NCBI GenBank assembly: GCA_017616975.1 | Contig: JAFZXC010000041.1 | Location: 1 to 48,469, forward strand | Reading direction: 5' to 3' | Length of the DNA: 48,469 nucleotides | Source of the DNA: Alphaproteobacteria bacterium | GTDB lineage: Bacteria > Pseudomonadota > Alphaproteobacteria > Rs-D84 | In this document: one piece after another, positions 1 to 9,558 of the stretch | Layout of the letters: each line of letters begins with the position of its first letter | How positions within the stretch are numbered: position 1 is the stretch's first letter | The notes under the pieces: model-generated | The model's database searches: none | The model's input: only the letters and a program-made list of their open reading frames with translations | What the model was told of the DNA's origin: nothing | Translations under genes and position numbers: made by a program

Positions 1-1306
1 CATCAACATCTGGCAAATCAATTTGTTCGATATTATCTTTCTTGCGAGACCATTTGTGCCACTGATTAAATTTTCGTTTATCATATTCGTTTTCAATTTC
101 ACGACGAAAGTCAGTATCAACAATTTTATCGATTTGTGATTTTAAAAACTTTTCCGCCTGGGAACGTCCGCCCGGTGTCGATACAAGATATGTTTTATTT
201 GTTGTGTCCCACAAGAAATCAATAATACCAATTGATGAATCGATAATTTTTTTCATAGCGGCAGCACCACCGGTTTTTAAAACTTCGTCTGGATCTTTGC
301 CACCAGAAACAAAAGCAAAACGAACATCCGAATTATCACGTAAAAATGGTAAAACAATGTTGCATGCACGAACAGCCGCTTTTTGTCCCGCAGCATCGCC
401 ATCAAAACAAAATGTGATATTACGATTTGATTTACATAAAATCGCAATGTGGTCTTCGGTTAATGCCGTGCCAAGTGGTGCAACAGTTTCGCCAAATCCA
501 TTACATTGCATTTGAATTGCATCAATTTGACCTTCGACGACAATGCTTCGGTTTGCACGATGAATCGCATCACGTGCAAAATTGAAACCAAAGATAGTTT
601 GACGTTTATGAAAAAGTTCTGTATCGGTTGTATTTATATACTTTGGTTCACTGCCATCTAATGACCGTCCAGAAAACGCAACAATTTGGCCGTGTGCATT
701 AAAAATAGGAAACATTAATTTATCACGAAAGAAATCATAAAGCCCATATTCGCCACGCCGTACCAAACCCGTTGCGATTAATGCATCTTGTTTTACATTT
801 GTAAATGTGCCAGAAACAATGCCGTTTTTCGGGGCATAACCGATGCGATATTTTTTTATCATATCGTCTGTGAAACCACGTCCACGAATATAATTCAAGG
901 CATGTTCACCGGCGGGTTCGAATAATTTTTGTTGATATATTTTTGCAGCATCATCTGTAATTTTTACATACGATTCTTCACGTGCGACTTCGGCTGCATC
1001 ACGTGGTTTATAATCTGGGACTTTTAATCCCGCCATGTCAGCCAATTCTTTGATAGCGGTTTTAAAATCAACATTTCCAATTTTCATAGTGAACGAAATT
1101 ATGTCACCATGTTCACCACACCCAAAACAATGATAGAAACCCTTATCTTCGCTTACCGAAAAAGATGGTGTTTTTTCATTATGAAATGGACAACACCCCC
1201 AATAATTTTGACCCTTTTTTGTAAGTGGTACACGACGAGAAATAACGTCGACAATAGAAAGTCTTTGCCGTAATTCGTCTGTGAAATTGTTATATGGTCG
1301 ATTCAT
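1..1306 (-). CDS. dnaG: DNA primase DnaG, N-terminal ~435 codons (rest of the gene lies beyond the window start)
   Basis: Absent from the ORF track because it is open at the window edge. My minus-strand translation from ATG 1306 reads MNRPYNNFTDELRQRLSIVDVISRRVPLTKKGQNYWGCCPFHNEKTPSFSVSEDKGFYHCFGCGEHGD (CHC2 primase zinc finger). Further on come IVVEGQIDAIQMQ and FCFDGDAAGQK (TOPRIM-like). Confidence 0.9.
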   Translation of the reverse strand, partial: MNRPYNNFTDELRQRLSIVDVISRRVPLTKKGQNYWGCCPFHNEKTPSFSVSEDKGFYHCFGCGEHGDIISFTMKIGNVDFKTAIKELADMAGLKVPDYKPRDAAEVAREESYVKITDDAAKIYQQKLFEPAGEHALNYIRGRGFTDDMIKKYRIGYAPKNGIVSGTFTNVKQDALIATGLVRRGEYGLYDFFRDKLMFPIFNAHGQIVAFSGRSLDGSEPKYINTTDTELFHKRQTIFGFNFARDAIHRANRSIVVEGQIDAIQMQCNGFGETVAPLGTALTEDHIAILCKSNRNITFCFDGDAAGQKAAVRACNIVLPFLRDNSDVRFAFVSGGKDPDEVLKTGGAAAMKKIIDSSIGIIDFLWDTTNKTYLVSTPGGRSQAEKFLKSQIDKIVDTDFRREIENEYDKRKFNQWHKWSRKKDNIEQIDLPDVD

Positions 1307-1313
1307 CTAGTTA

Positions 1314-3599
1314 TTATTTTTTACGACGAAAAAACTTTTTCGCACTTGGTTTTTTATTGTTAATCAAATCGATTGCTGTTTGTAAATCAGGCTTTTCATT
1401 TACAGAAACATTGACACGATTAGACGATATATATGCACCATAACGACCCGTTGGATAATAATATATCTCTGCATTGGTTGTCGGGTTTTTCCCAAGTTTT
1501 TCGGGTTCGGCTTTGCGTACAACCCCGGACAACAATTCACGTGCAATATCAAGTGTTATTGTTTTGTCGGTATATTGTTTTGCAGGCACGTTTTTATGTC
1601 CATCTGTGACATATGGACCAAATTTACCAACCTTGAACATAATACCATCACCCAAGTCAACACTGACGGGTTGCGGTTTTGGTGTTTGCACTTCGTCATC
1701 GTTTGTATTTTGGGCTTTTGATTTTGCGCTTTCGTTTTCAAGTTTTTGAGTGTAATTGCATTTTGGATAATTTTCACACCCAACAAATGCACCAAATTTA
1801 GATAATTTTATGCCCAGTTTTCCACCACACAGCGGACATTTATCATTGTTTTCGCCATTAAACAAATGGTCATGCATAAATGTATTTATCTGGTCAATGA
1901 TTTCGGTTGTTTTAATTCCGGTTGCATTATCAATCATTATCTTGGTTGGTGTCCAGAAATCGTTCAACGCATGAATTTTATCCATATTGCCGTTTGATAC
2001 ATCGTCCAATGTATCTTCGGTTTTTGCGGTAAAGTTCACATCGACAAGTTCGTTAAAGTATTTATCCAAATATGATGAAATAACCCATCCCCCAGGCGTT
2101 GGATGAAAACGATGTTGTTTATCTTGTTCAACATATGCACGATCAACAATTGTTGACATAATCGTTGCATACGTAGAAGGACGCCCAATACCCAATTCTT
2201 CCAATTTTTTGACAAGGGACGCTTCGGTATATCTTGCCGGTGGTTGAGTAAAATGCTGTTCATGCAATAATTCTGCTATATCCACAGAATCGCCTACCGA
2301 CAATTTTGGCAATTTTGTTTCATTTTCATCATTGTCGTCGTCGGTATCTTCGATATAAACACGCATAAAGCCATCAAATGTTCGTGTTGTGCCAACCGCA
2401 TGAAAAACTGCAACCCGGTTTTCTGTTTCAATATCAGCAGCAACAGAATCAAATTCTGCATTGGTCATTTGACATGCGATTGTTCGTTTCCAGATTAAAT
2501 CATATAATTTTGCTTCGTCTGCTGTTTGGGTGCTGCATTCGGGACCATCAAAATGTGTTGGACGAATTGCTTCGTGGGCTTCTTGGGCATTTTTAGATTT
2601 TGTGACATATATATTTGGTTTTGATGGTACAAATTCATCACCATATATTTTGCCAATATATCCACGAATTTCATTAATTGCGTCTGCAGATAAATTTGTT
2701 GCGTCCGTACGCATGTAGGTGATTAAACCAGCCTCATACAACTTTTGTGCGGCAGACATTGTGCGACGTGATGAAAAATATAATTTACGTGCAGCTTCTT
2801 GCTGTAATGTGCTGGTTGTAAATGGTGCTGCGGAATGTCTAACGGTTTTCTTGCGTTCAATATCGATAACTTTTGCATCAATAACGGGCGTTCCAATTTT
2901 TGATAAAATATCATCAACCATTGTGCCGTTTTCAATCGTTGTCTTGTCTATTTTTTTACCATCAAATTTAACAAGTGACGATTTGAATTTATTACCACAA
3001 ACATCACACAGTGCATCCACAGACCAATATTCAACCGGCTTGAACGCTTCGATTTCACGTTCACGGTCTACAACTAATTTGACGGCGACGCTTTGTACAC
3101 GGCCCGCCGATTTACCAAGGTTTCGACGCCAAAGCAACGGGGAAATTCCAAACCCAATAAGATAGTCCAACGCACGTCGTACCAAATATGCATCAACCAA
3201 ATTAGTGTCTATTTCCCGTGGGGTTTCAATTGCCGCTTGGACGGCCTTTTTTGTGATTTCGTGAAAAGCGACACGATAAACCTTTTTTCCGGTTAATAAT
3301 TTTTTAGACGTCAAAATGTCCAATATGTGCCATGCGATAGCTTCCCCTTCGCGGTCAGGATCAGATGCAAGATATATTGCATCCGCCTTTTTTAATTCGT
3401 CTGTAATAAGTTTTAATTGTTTTTCTTTGCCTGGCATAATTTGCCAACGCATTTTAAAATCGTGTTCGGTATCAACACTGCCGTTTTCTGGAACCAAATC
3501 ACGTACATGACCAACCGATGCGATAACACGCCACCCCGCCCCAAGGTATTTTTCAATCGTTTTTGCTTTTGATGGTGATTCAACAATCATTAAATTCAT
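1314..3599 (-). CDS. topA: DNA topoisomerase I
   Basis: 761 aa. N-terminal TOPRIM MNLMIVESPSKAKTIEKYLG, the active-site region YITYMRTD, and a C-terminal zinc ribbon CPLCGG...CENYPKC. The stop lies 7 nt before the dnaG ATG. Confidence 0.95.
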   Translation of the reverse strand: MNLMIVESPSKAKTIEKYLGAGWRVIASVGHVRDLVPENGSVDTEHDFKMRWQIMPGKEKQLKLITDELKKADAIYLASDPDREGEAIAWHILDILTSKKLLTGKKVYRVAFHEITKKAVQAAIETPREIDTNLVDAYLVRRALDYLIGFGISPLLWRRNLGKSAGRVQSVAVKLVVDREREIEAFKPVEYWSVDALCDVCGNKFKSSLVKFDGKKIDKTTIENGTMVDDILSKIGTPVIDAKVIDIERKKTVRHSAAPFTTSTLQQEAARKLYFSSRRTMSAAQKLYEAGLITYMRTDATNLSADAINEIRGYIGKIYGDEFVPSKPNIYVTKSKNAQEAHEAIRPTHFDGPECSTQTADEAKLYDLIWKRTIACQMTNAEFDSVAADIETENRVAVFHAVGTTRTFDGFMRVYIEDTDDDNDENETKLPKLSVGDSVDIAELLHEQHFTQPPARYTEASLVKKLEELGIGRPSTYATIMSTIVDRAYVEQDKQHRFHPTPGGWVISSYLDKYFNELVDVNFTAKTEDTLDDVSNGNMDKIHALNDFWTPTKIMIDNATGIKTTEIIDQINTFMHDHLFNGENNDKCPLCGGKLGIKLSKFGAFVGCENYPKCNYTQKLENESAKSKAQNTNDDEVQTPKPQPVSVDLGDGIMFKVGKFGPYVTDGHKNVPAKQYTDKTITLDIARELLSGVVRKAEPEKLGKNPTTNAEIYYYPTGRYGAYISSNRVNVSVNEKPDLQTAIDLINNKKPSAKKFFRRKK

Positions 3600-3602
3600 A
3601 TC

Positions 3603-4751
3603 TTAACTTCCTTTGGCAGACAATTGTTGGTCTTTGTGTATATGTGCGTTTTGAGCCAAACCAAACCCGAACATAAGCGAAAGCAAACTGCTGCCACCAA
3701 ACGACATTAATGGCAACGGCACGCCCACGGTCGGCATCAGCCCCAAAACCATAGAGATATTTATAAAGTAATAAATGAAAAAGTTCAACATAAAACCAAA
3801 ACACATTAATTGCCCAAACCGGTTTCGACACGTTTTTGCACACCAAAACAGCAAAATAATTATCCAACTGTATACTAAAATAAGGAAAAACGCCCCGATA
3901 AACCCGAATTCTTCGCCAAGCATTGTGTAGATAAAGTCAGTCTGTTTTTCTGGTAAAAATGAACGCTGGGATTGGGAACCGTGCATATAGCCCTGGCCAA
4001 CAATGCCGCCACTGCCGAATGCGATTTTTGCCTGGTTTATTTGATATCCAACGCCACGTGCATCGTATTCTGGGTTAATAAAAGTGATAATTCTGTTTCG
4101 TTGATAATCGTGCATGCCACCAAACCAAACCGCCGGTGCCGCCAATATCCCAAGAATAAATGCAATTAAAAACCATTTTTTTGGTGCGCCTACGATATAA
4201 AACATGCCGACAGTAATAAGACCAATCGAAATTGCCGTTCCTAAATCGGGCTGCATAACAATTAATCCAAATGGAACAAGCAATAAAAACAGTGGCATTA
4301 CATAGTTTTTAATTTGGGTTAATTCTGTGGAATTCATCCATGCGAAATAACGTGCAAGTGCCATAACAAGTGCAATTTTTATGAATTCTGAGGGTTGAAT
4401 ATGTATAAACCCAAGATTCAACCATCGTTGTGCACCCATGCCTGTGTGGCCAACAAATGTGACCAAAATAATTGTAATTAACGCAATTGCATATATAAGA
4501 TATGCAGACTTTATCCATGTTTTAATGTTTGAAAAAGCAACAGCAAAAAACACAACCAGCCCGAACAAAATTTTTACAAGTTGTGATAATGCAAATGGTT
4601 GCCATGAACCGTGTCCCGCAGAATATAACACAACGATAGAAAGCGCCAAAACAATGCACATAGGCGCAAAAAGCGCCCACGAAAACCGAGACATTTTTTC
4701 TGAAAAATTCATCATGTTTGCATTTGAAACACGTGTAAGCCCACGTTGCAT
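3603..4751 (-). CDS. rodA: SEDS-family peptidoglycan glycosyltransferase RodA
   Basis: 382 aa polytopic membrane protein with the SEDS motif IQPSEFIKIALV. It sits directly after mrdA (junction TAAATG), so I call RodA rather than FtsW. Confidence 0.85.
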   Translation of the reverse strand: MQRGLTRVSNANMMNFSEKMSRFSWALFAPMCIVLALSIVVLYSAGHGSWQPFALSQLVKILFGLVVFFAVAFSNIKTWIKSAYLIYAIALITIILVTFVGHTGMGAQRWLNLGFIHIQPSEFIKIALVMALARYFAWMNSTELTQIKNYVMPLFLLLVPFGLIVMQPDLGTAISIGLITVGMFYIVGAPKKWFLIAFILGILAAPAVWFGGMHDYQRNRIITFINPEYDARGVGYQINQAKIAFGSGGIVGQGYMHGSQSQRSFLPEKQTDFIYTMLGEEFGFIGAFFLILVYSWIIILLFWCAKTCRNRFGQLMCFGFMLNFFIYYFINISMVLGLMPTVGVPLPLMSFGGSSLLSLMFGFGLAQNAHIHKDQQLSAKGS

Positions 4752-6527
4752 TTATGCCCCCGTTTTTAATAGTTCTTTCATCACTGCGGATACTGTTTTT
4801 GCCGCAGGCGATGAACCGCCCGAATGTTCAGTTATTGCACATACAACATATTTTGGTTTTTTCGTTGGTGCATATCCTACAAAAAGACCATGGTTTCGCA
4901 TGCTCCACTTTAACTGTTCATTTGTTAATACGCCTGATTTGCGTTCTGCTTTGGATATGGTGCGAACCTGAGATGTGCCGGTTTTTCCACCCATGCGCAT
5001 ACCTTTTACGTTTATTGCGCTGCCGTATGCGGTACCACCGGGTTTTAATACTTCTTCAAGCCCGGTTAATACCGATTTTATATTTTGTTCTTTTAAATTC
5101 AGGTCTGGAAAATTCGGCGCAGTTTCCGACCATATAAGGCGTGGCACAACAACACGATTGGTGACAACACGTGACATCATTGTCGCCAATTGCAGACAAT
5201 TTGTTAAAATAAACCCTTGGCCAATTCCAGAAATAACCGTATCACCATTTACCCAACGTGAACCGATATTTTTTTCCTTCCACTTTTTATCTGGGATAAC
5301 GCCGGGCAATTCACGTGCTATGATGTCGCCCATATATTTTTCTGTGAACCCAAGTTTTACAGCCATGCGTTTAATTGCATCAATACCAATTTTAAGCGCC
5401 AGTTGATAAAAATAGATGTCACAAGAATGTTTCAATGCGCCCGCCATGTTGACATGTCCGTGGCCCTTGTGTTCCCAACAGTGATAACGTCTGTCGCCAT
5501 AATCCCAATAACCCGGACAAAACACCGTGCTTTTTGGCGATATAGCCCCAGATTCCAGTGCCGCCAAAGCGACAACAATTTTAAATGTTGATCCGGGTGG
5601 ATATAACCCTTCGACAGCCTTGTTCATAAACGGTTTTGCAATGTCGGCACGTAATGCAGAAATGTATTCATCACCATCATCGCCCGTAAACATATTTGGA
5701 TCAAAACTGGGGGTGGAAACCATTGCCAAAATATCACCTGTTTCAACATCAATTGCAACACCACAACCCGAACGATTTGCCATCAAAGAATCGTACATTA
5801 CCCGCTGGGCATTTTTATTTATTGTTGTTTTTAAATCAATTCCATGAATCGGGTCAATAAATTGTGATTTGTCTTCGCCAGTAATGCGTCCAATAGCGTT
5901 TGTTATCATAACCGTTTGTCCCGGTATCCCCGCCAGGTCATTATTATAACGTTTTTCCAGGCCGGTAATCCCAGTCGTGTAAAATGGCGCCGCAGCAATA
6001 GGTTTTACAGGTTCGCCAACGTATCCAAAAAATTGTGAACCCGCCGGCCCCAATTCATATACACGGGAATAACCACTGGCAACACGCAGTCCCGGCAAAT
6101 TTTTCGCCTGGATTTTAGCAAGACGATTCCAGTCGGTGTTTTGGCTTACCAACACAGGTTGAAATCGTGGTTGTTTTGAAATTTTGTCGCGAATAGATTT
6201 AACACGTTTTTCCCCCAGATGTAATTCTTGGGCCACCGCATCAACCAAATCGTCGATATTTTCGGCTTCTTCTGGAACGATGTATATGCGGTATATCGGG
6301 GTGTCGCGGGATATAGGACTGCCGTCGTTGGCTAAAATTTTACCACGTTGGGGCATATTTATTTGAATTCGAAACGAATTGTTTTCGCTTTTCTTTAAAT
6401 AATCACGATGGTTAAACACCTGCATCTGCAACATGCGCAAAACCAATGCAGATGTTAAAATTGCACCTGCCGATAAAAACAGGGCGCTGCGACGATCAAA
6501 TGTATGTGCAACTTCGTTATCTATCAT
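4752..6527 (-). CDS. mrdA: Penicillin-binding protein 2 (elongasome transpeptidase)
   Basis: 591 aa with an N-terminal TM segment and the transpeptidase motifs GSTFK and GKTGTSQ. Located between mreD and rodA. Confidence 0.9.
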   Translation of the reverse strand: MIDNEVAHTFDRRSALFLSAGAILTSALVLRMLQMQVFNHRDYLKKSENNSFRIQINMPQRGKILANDGSPISRDTPIYRIYIVPEEAENIDDLVDAVAQELHLGEKRVKSIRDKISKQPRFQPVLVSQNTDWNRLAKIQAKNLPGLRVASGYSRVYELGPAGSQFFGYVGEPVKPIAAAPFYTTGITGLEKRYNNDLAGIPGQTVMITNAIGRITGEDKSQFIDPIHGIDLKTTINKNAQRVMYDSLMANRSGCGVAIDVETGDILAMVSTPSFDPNMFTGDDGDEYISALRADIAKPFMNKAVEGLYPPGSTFKIVVALAALESGAISPKSTVFCPGYWDYGDRRYHCWEHKGHGHVNMAGALKHSCDIYFYQLALKIGIDAIKRMAVKLGFTEKYMGDIIARELPGVIPDKKWKEKNIGSRWVNGDTVISGIGQGFILTNCLQLATMMSRVVTNRVVVPRLIWSETAPNFPDLNLKEQNIKSVLTGLEEVLKPGGTAYGSAINVKGMRMGGKTGTSQVRTISKAERKSGVLTNEQLKWSMRNHGLFVGYAPTKKPKYVVCAITEHSGGSSPAAKTVSAVMKELLKTGA

Positions 6528-6975
6528 TGTGAACCCTGTTTATCAATTGTGTTATTGGCGTGTATAATGTGGACAACCATACAAATGTCCAAACCATACG
6601 CCCAAATGTTGTCCAATTTATATGTGCAAATTCAAAAAAGAATAAACCAATTGCAATATACAACATAAACACATCAATCGAATTAAAATCACGATGTGTA
6701 AAATCAATAAAGTTTTGAAAACCGTTTAACGCATAGCACAACAAATAAATTGATGTCCAATAACATATTGCGCCCAGATTATAGTCCAGCAAAAAACAGA
6801 ACAACAATCCAAACGGCATAAACCAATTAATCGGTCGTATAAAAGTGCAATAAAATACAGGAATCAAAACCAGTATTCCGCCCGGGTTCCAAAATGGTAT
6901 ATTAAGACGCCATAAAAATATCACCGTCAAAAACGGAAAAGCTTTGCGTAAAAAGTTTATAACAGATCGTTTCAT
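6517..6975 (-). CDS. mreD: Rod shape-determining protein MreD
   Basis: 152 aa very hydrophobic protein. It overlaps the mreC stop by 4 nt and the mrdA start by 11 nt. The call rests on position and size, which are typical of MreD. Confidence 0.7.
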   Translation of the reverse strand: MKRSVINFLRKAFPFLTVIFLWRLNIPFWNPGGILVLIPVFYCTFIRPINWFMPFGLLFCFLLDYNLGAICYWTSIYLLCYALNGFQNFIDFTHRDFNSIDVFMLYIAIGLFFFEFAHINWTTFGRMVWTFVWLSTLYTPITQLINRVHNDR

Positions 6976-7793
6976 TTATATTGTGATTTCGTATCAAACT
7001 GTAAAACAATTACACGTGATAATTGACCGGGCTGTAATACATCGACGGTCGCATTCTTTTTTGTCTTGCCGACAAATATGCCAGATGGTAAAACGCCACT
7101 TATACCGCTTGTAGTCAACGTCATATCCGGCACAGGTTTAAATTGTGGGTCGCTGAACAAGCCAACGCTTGGTGATGACGATGCGTTCCCAGACAAAAAT
7201 CCATAAACTTCATATCCAGCAACATGAACCGCAATGTTTGTATCGCTGTCGGTTACGGCACGAACACGGGCAAAAGTTTCCCCCGCATCAATTATTATAC
7301 CGGCGAATTGGTTTGACGTAGAAACAACAACCATGCCTGTTTCAACTCCATCGTCACGTCCACGGTTTATCATAAATGTGTTATGATGTAATGCACGATT
7401 TTCATGAATAACATCGGCGATAACAGTGCGCTGGGGGATTTGGCGTGTAATACCAATTTGTCGTGTTAAAACATCGTTTTCATTAATTGCAATATCGCAC
7501 TTGTGTTTGTCGGCCAACGCCGCATCAAGACGAACACGCAATTCGGCATTTTCACTACGCAATGTGGATAATTCGTGCATATTTGCGACCATGTCGCCAA
7601 TTATGCGCACTGGCCATGTTATAACATCCCCAATCGTGTTCGCAACAGGCAAGACAATATGCGCCAGACCATTCATGATTTTATAATCAGGCTTTGCAAT
7701 CATAATATATATGAACAAGACGGGCAAAACCGCCGCCGCAAGTGCAGATTTTATCAACGTTATAATCTTGGAAGATGTCGATGTCTGTATCAT
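6972..7793 (-). CDS. mreC: Rod shape-determining protein MreC
   Basis: The ORF track extends to 7904. I prefer ATG 7793 (MIQTSTSSKIITL...), which is preceded by GGAG and followed by a TM segment, a coiled region (LRSENAELRVRLDAALADK) and a beta-rich C-terminus typical of MreC. The longer N-terminus would consume the divergent promoter region. Confidence 0.85.
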   Translation of the reverse strand: MIQTSTSSKIITLIKSALAAAVLPVLFIYIMIAKPDYKIMNGLAHIVLPVANTIGDVITWPVRIIGDMVANMHELSTLRSENAELRVRLDAALADKHKCDIAINENDVLTRQIGITRQIPQRTVIADVIHENRALHHNTFMINRGRDDGVETGMVVVSTSNQFAGIIIDAGETFARVRAVTDSDTNIAVHVAGYEVYGFLSGNASSSPSVGLFSDPQFKPVPDMTLTTSGISGVLPSGIFVGKTKKNATVDVLQPGQLSRVIVLQFDTKSQYK

Positions 7794-7836
7794 TAACTCC
7801 AGTGTAAACACTAAAAATCGAACATTCAATAAAAAC

Positions 7837-7864
7837 TTGATTTTTTGTTTTATTATGCCAGAAT
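7837..7864. promoter_or_regulatory. Overlapping divergent promoter candidates for rpmI-rplT (+) and the mreC operon (-)
   Basis: On the + strand: TTGATT (7837-7842), 16-nt spacer, CAGAAT (7859-7864). On the - strand: an extended -10 TGgCATAAT (7852-7860). Pattern match by eye only. Confidence 0.4.
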
Positions 7865-7930
7865 AAAGGCACAACAGATGTCCAAAGTGGCAATTGGCTG
7901 CCACCAGGATGCAAGAAAAAAGAGGTTAAA

Positions 7931-8134
7931 ATGCCAAAATTAAAGACAAAGTCGTACTTGAAAAAGCGCGCATCTATGACTGCAACTGGAAAAATCCGTG
8001 TTGCCAGAAATGCTCACAAAAAATTGCTGCGTCACAAATCGAAACGTGCAAATAACGCCGGTTCGAAACCACAGTATTTGAATGAAAACATGGTCGGTCA
8101 GGCTAAAATCTTGGCCCCGTATGGTTTAAAGTAA
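7931..8134 (+). CDS. rpmI: 50S ribosomal protein L35
   Basis: 67 aa, basic, MPKLKTKS...; GAGG Shine-Dalgarno upstream. Confidence 0.95.
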   Translation: MPKLKTKSYLKKRASMTATGKIRVARNAHKKLLRHKSKRANNAGSKPQYLNENMVGQAKILAPYGLK

Positions 8135-8150
8135 GTAAAGGGGGCAAATT

Positions 8151-8519
8151 ATGGCAAGAGTAAAACGCGGAACAACCGTTAAACAGAAACATAATAAAAT
8201 TTTAGCACGTGCCAAGGGATACCTGGGCCGTCACAGCACAACCTATCGTGCCGCCCGTGAAAAAACGGAAAAGGCCGGACAATATGCATACCGTGATCGT
8301 CGTGTCAAAAAACGTGAATTTCGTGGTTTGTGGATTGTTCGTATCAATGCTGCGGTACGTTCACATGGGCTTACATACAGCCAATTCATGAACGGCTTGA
8401 AAAAGGCCGGCATCAACTTGGACCGCAAGGTTTTGGCCCAAATGGCGTATGAAGCAGATGCAAATTTCATCAAATTGGTTGATGCTGCAAAACGATTTAG
8501 CGCAGGGGATAACAAATAA
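8151..8519 (+). CDS. rplT: 50S ribosomal protein L20
   Basis: 122 aa, [18 protein letters not shown]...[21 protein letters not shown], the classic L20 N-terminus. Confidence 0.95.
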   Translation: MARVKRGTTVKQKHNKILARAKGYLGRHSTTYRAAREKTEKAGQYAYRDRRVKKREFRGLWIVRINAAVRSHGLTYSQFMNGLKKAGINLDRKVLAQMAYEADANFIKLVDAAKRFSAGDNK

Positions 8520-8552
8520 ACCCTTGGCGGATCTGTTTTGTTTTGTAATAAT

Positions 8553-8584
8553 AAGACCGTCAATGGACGGTCTTGTTTATTTTA
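8553..8584 (+). terminator. Hairpin plus T-rich tail between rplT and pheS (terminator or attenuator)
   Basis: AAGACCGTC-AATG-GACGGTCTT (9-bp stem) followed by GTTTATTTTA. It ends about 15 nt before the pheS ATG. Confidence 0.5.
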
Positions 8585-8599
8585 TAGAAAGGTGCAAAC

Positions 8600-9544
8600 A
8601 TGCAAGAACAAATAAAAAAAATAGACAATTTAGAAGAATTACAGGCCTTGTACACGGCAACGTTCGGTAAAAATGGCACAATGACCGCACGTTTGAAACA
8701 AATGAAAGATTTGGATAATGATGCACGTGCAGCGTTAAATCGTGAAAACACAGAATTGCGTGAATTGTTTAAATCACGCCAAACGGAAATTGAAAACGAT
8801 GTAATGATGGCTGCATTAAAGGGTGAAATGTTGGATCCATCATTAAATCCAATGCCGGAAAATCGTGGAACAATACACCCATTGACACAAGCGTTATATG
8901 AATTGTCTTCGATTTTGGAATCTTTTGGTTTTACGGTTTGGACCGGACCCGAAGTGGAAGATGACTGGCATAATTTTACCGCACTGAACACCCCAAAGCA
9001 CCATCCTGCACGTGATATGCAAGACAGTTTCTTTTTGGAAAATGGCAATGTTATGCGAACACAAACATCGGCAATACAAATTCGTGCGATGGAAAAGGTT
9101 GGCGTGCCAATCAAAGTTTTTGCTATTGGTTCAACATATCGTAAAGAATTAGATGCAACACATACATGCATGTTTGGTCAAATGGAAGGGTTATATGTCG
9201 ATAAAAATATAACAATGGTTGATTTGATTGGGACGTTGCGTGCATTGCTTTCTCGGTTCTTTAATCGTGATATTGAAATCCGTATTCGTCCATCATACTT
9301 TCCGTTCACAGAGCCATCCATTGAATTTGATATGAAATGGGATAATGGCAAATGGTTGGAATTGGGCGGCGCAGGAATGGTTCACCCGAACGTGTTGAAA
9401 AATTGTAATATAGACCCCAATGAATACCAGGGCTTTGCATTTGGTTTTGGTTGGGACAGAATGGCAATGTTGAAATACGGACTGGACGATTTAAGAAAGT
9501 TCTATGACGGTGATGTCCGTTGGTTGAAAAATAGTGGTTTTTAA
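8600..9544 (+). CDS. pheS: Phenylalanine--tRNA ligase alpha subunit
   Basis: 314 aa with class II motifs (HPARDMQDSFF, FRPSYFPFTEPS, GFAFGFGWDRMAML). Confidence 0.95.
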   Translation: MQEQIKKIDNLEELQALYTATFGKNGTMTARLKQMKDLDNDARAALNRENTELRELFKSRQTEIENDVMMAALKGEMLDPSLNPMPENRGTIHPLTQALYELSSILESFGFTVWTGPEVEDDWHNFTALNTPKHHPARDMQDSFFLENGNVMRTQTSAIQIRAMEKVGVPIKVFAIGSTYRKELDATHTCMFGQMEGLYVDKNITMVDLIGTLRALLSRFFNRDIEIRIRPSYFPFTEPSIEFDMKWDNGKWLELGGAGMVHPNVLKNCNIDPNEYQGFAFGFGWDRMAMLKYGLDDLRKFYDGDVRWLKNSGF

Positions 9545-9558
9545 ATACGGGGGCAAAA

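Noticed and set aside
204-515. The 103-aa plus-strand ORF at the left end of the window.
   Set aside because: It lies entirely antisense to the dnaG TOPRIM region, which has strong motifs. It is a shadow ORF.
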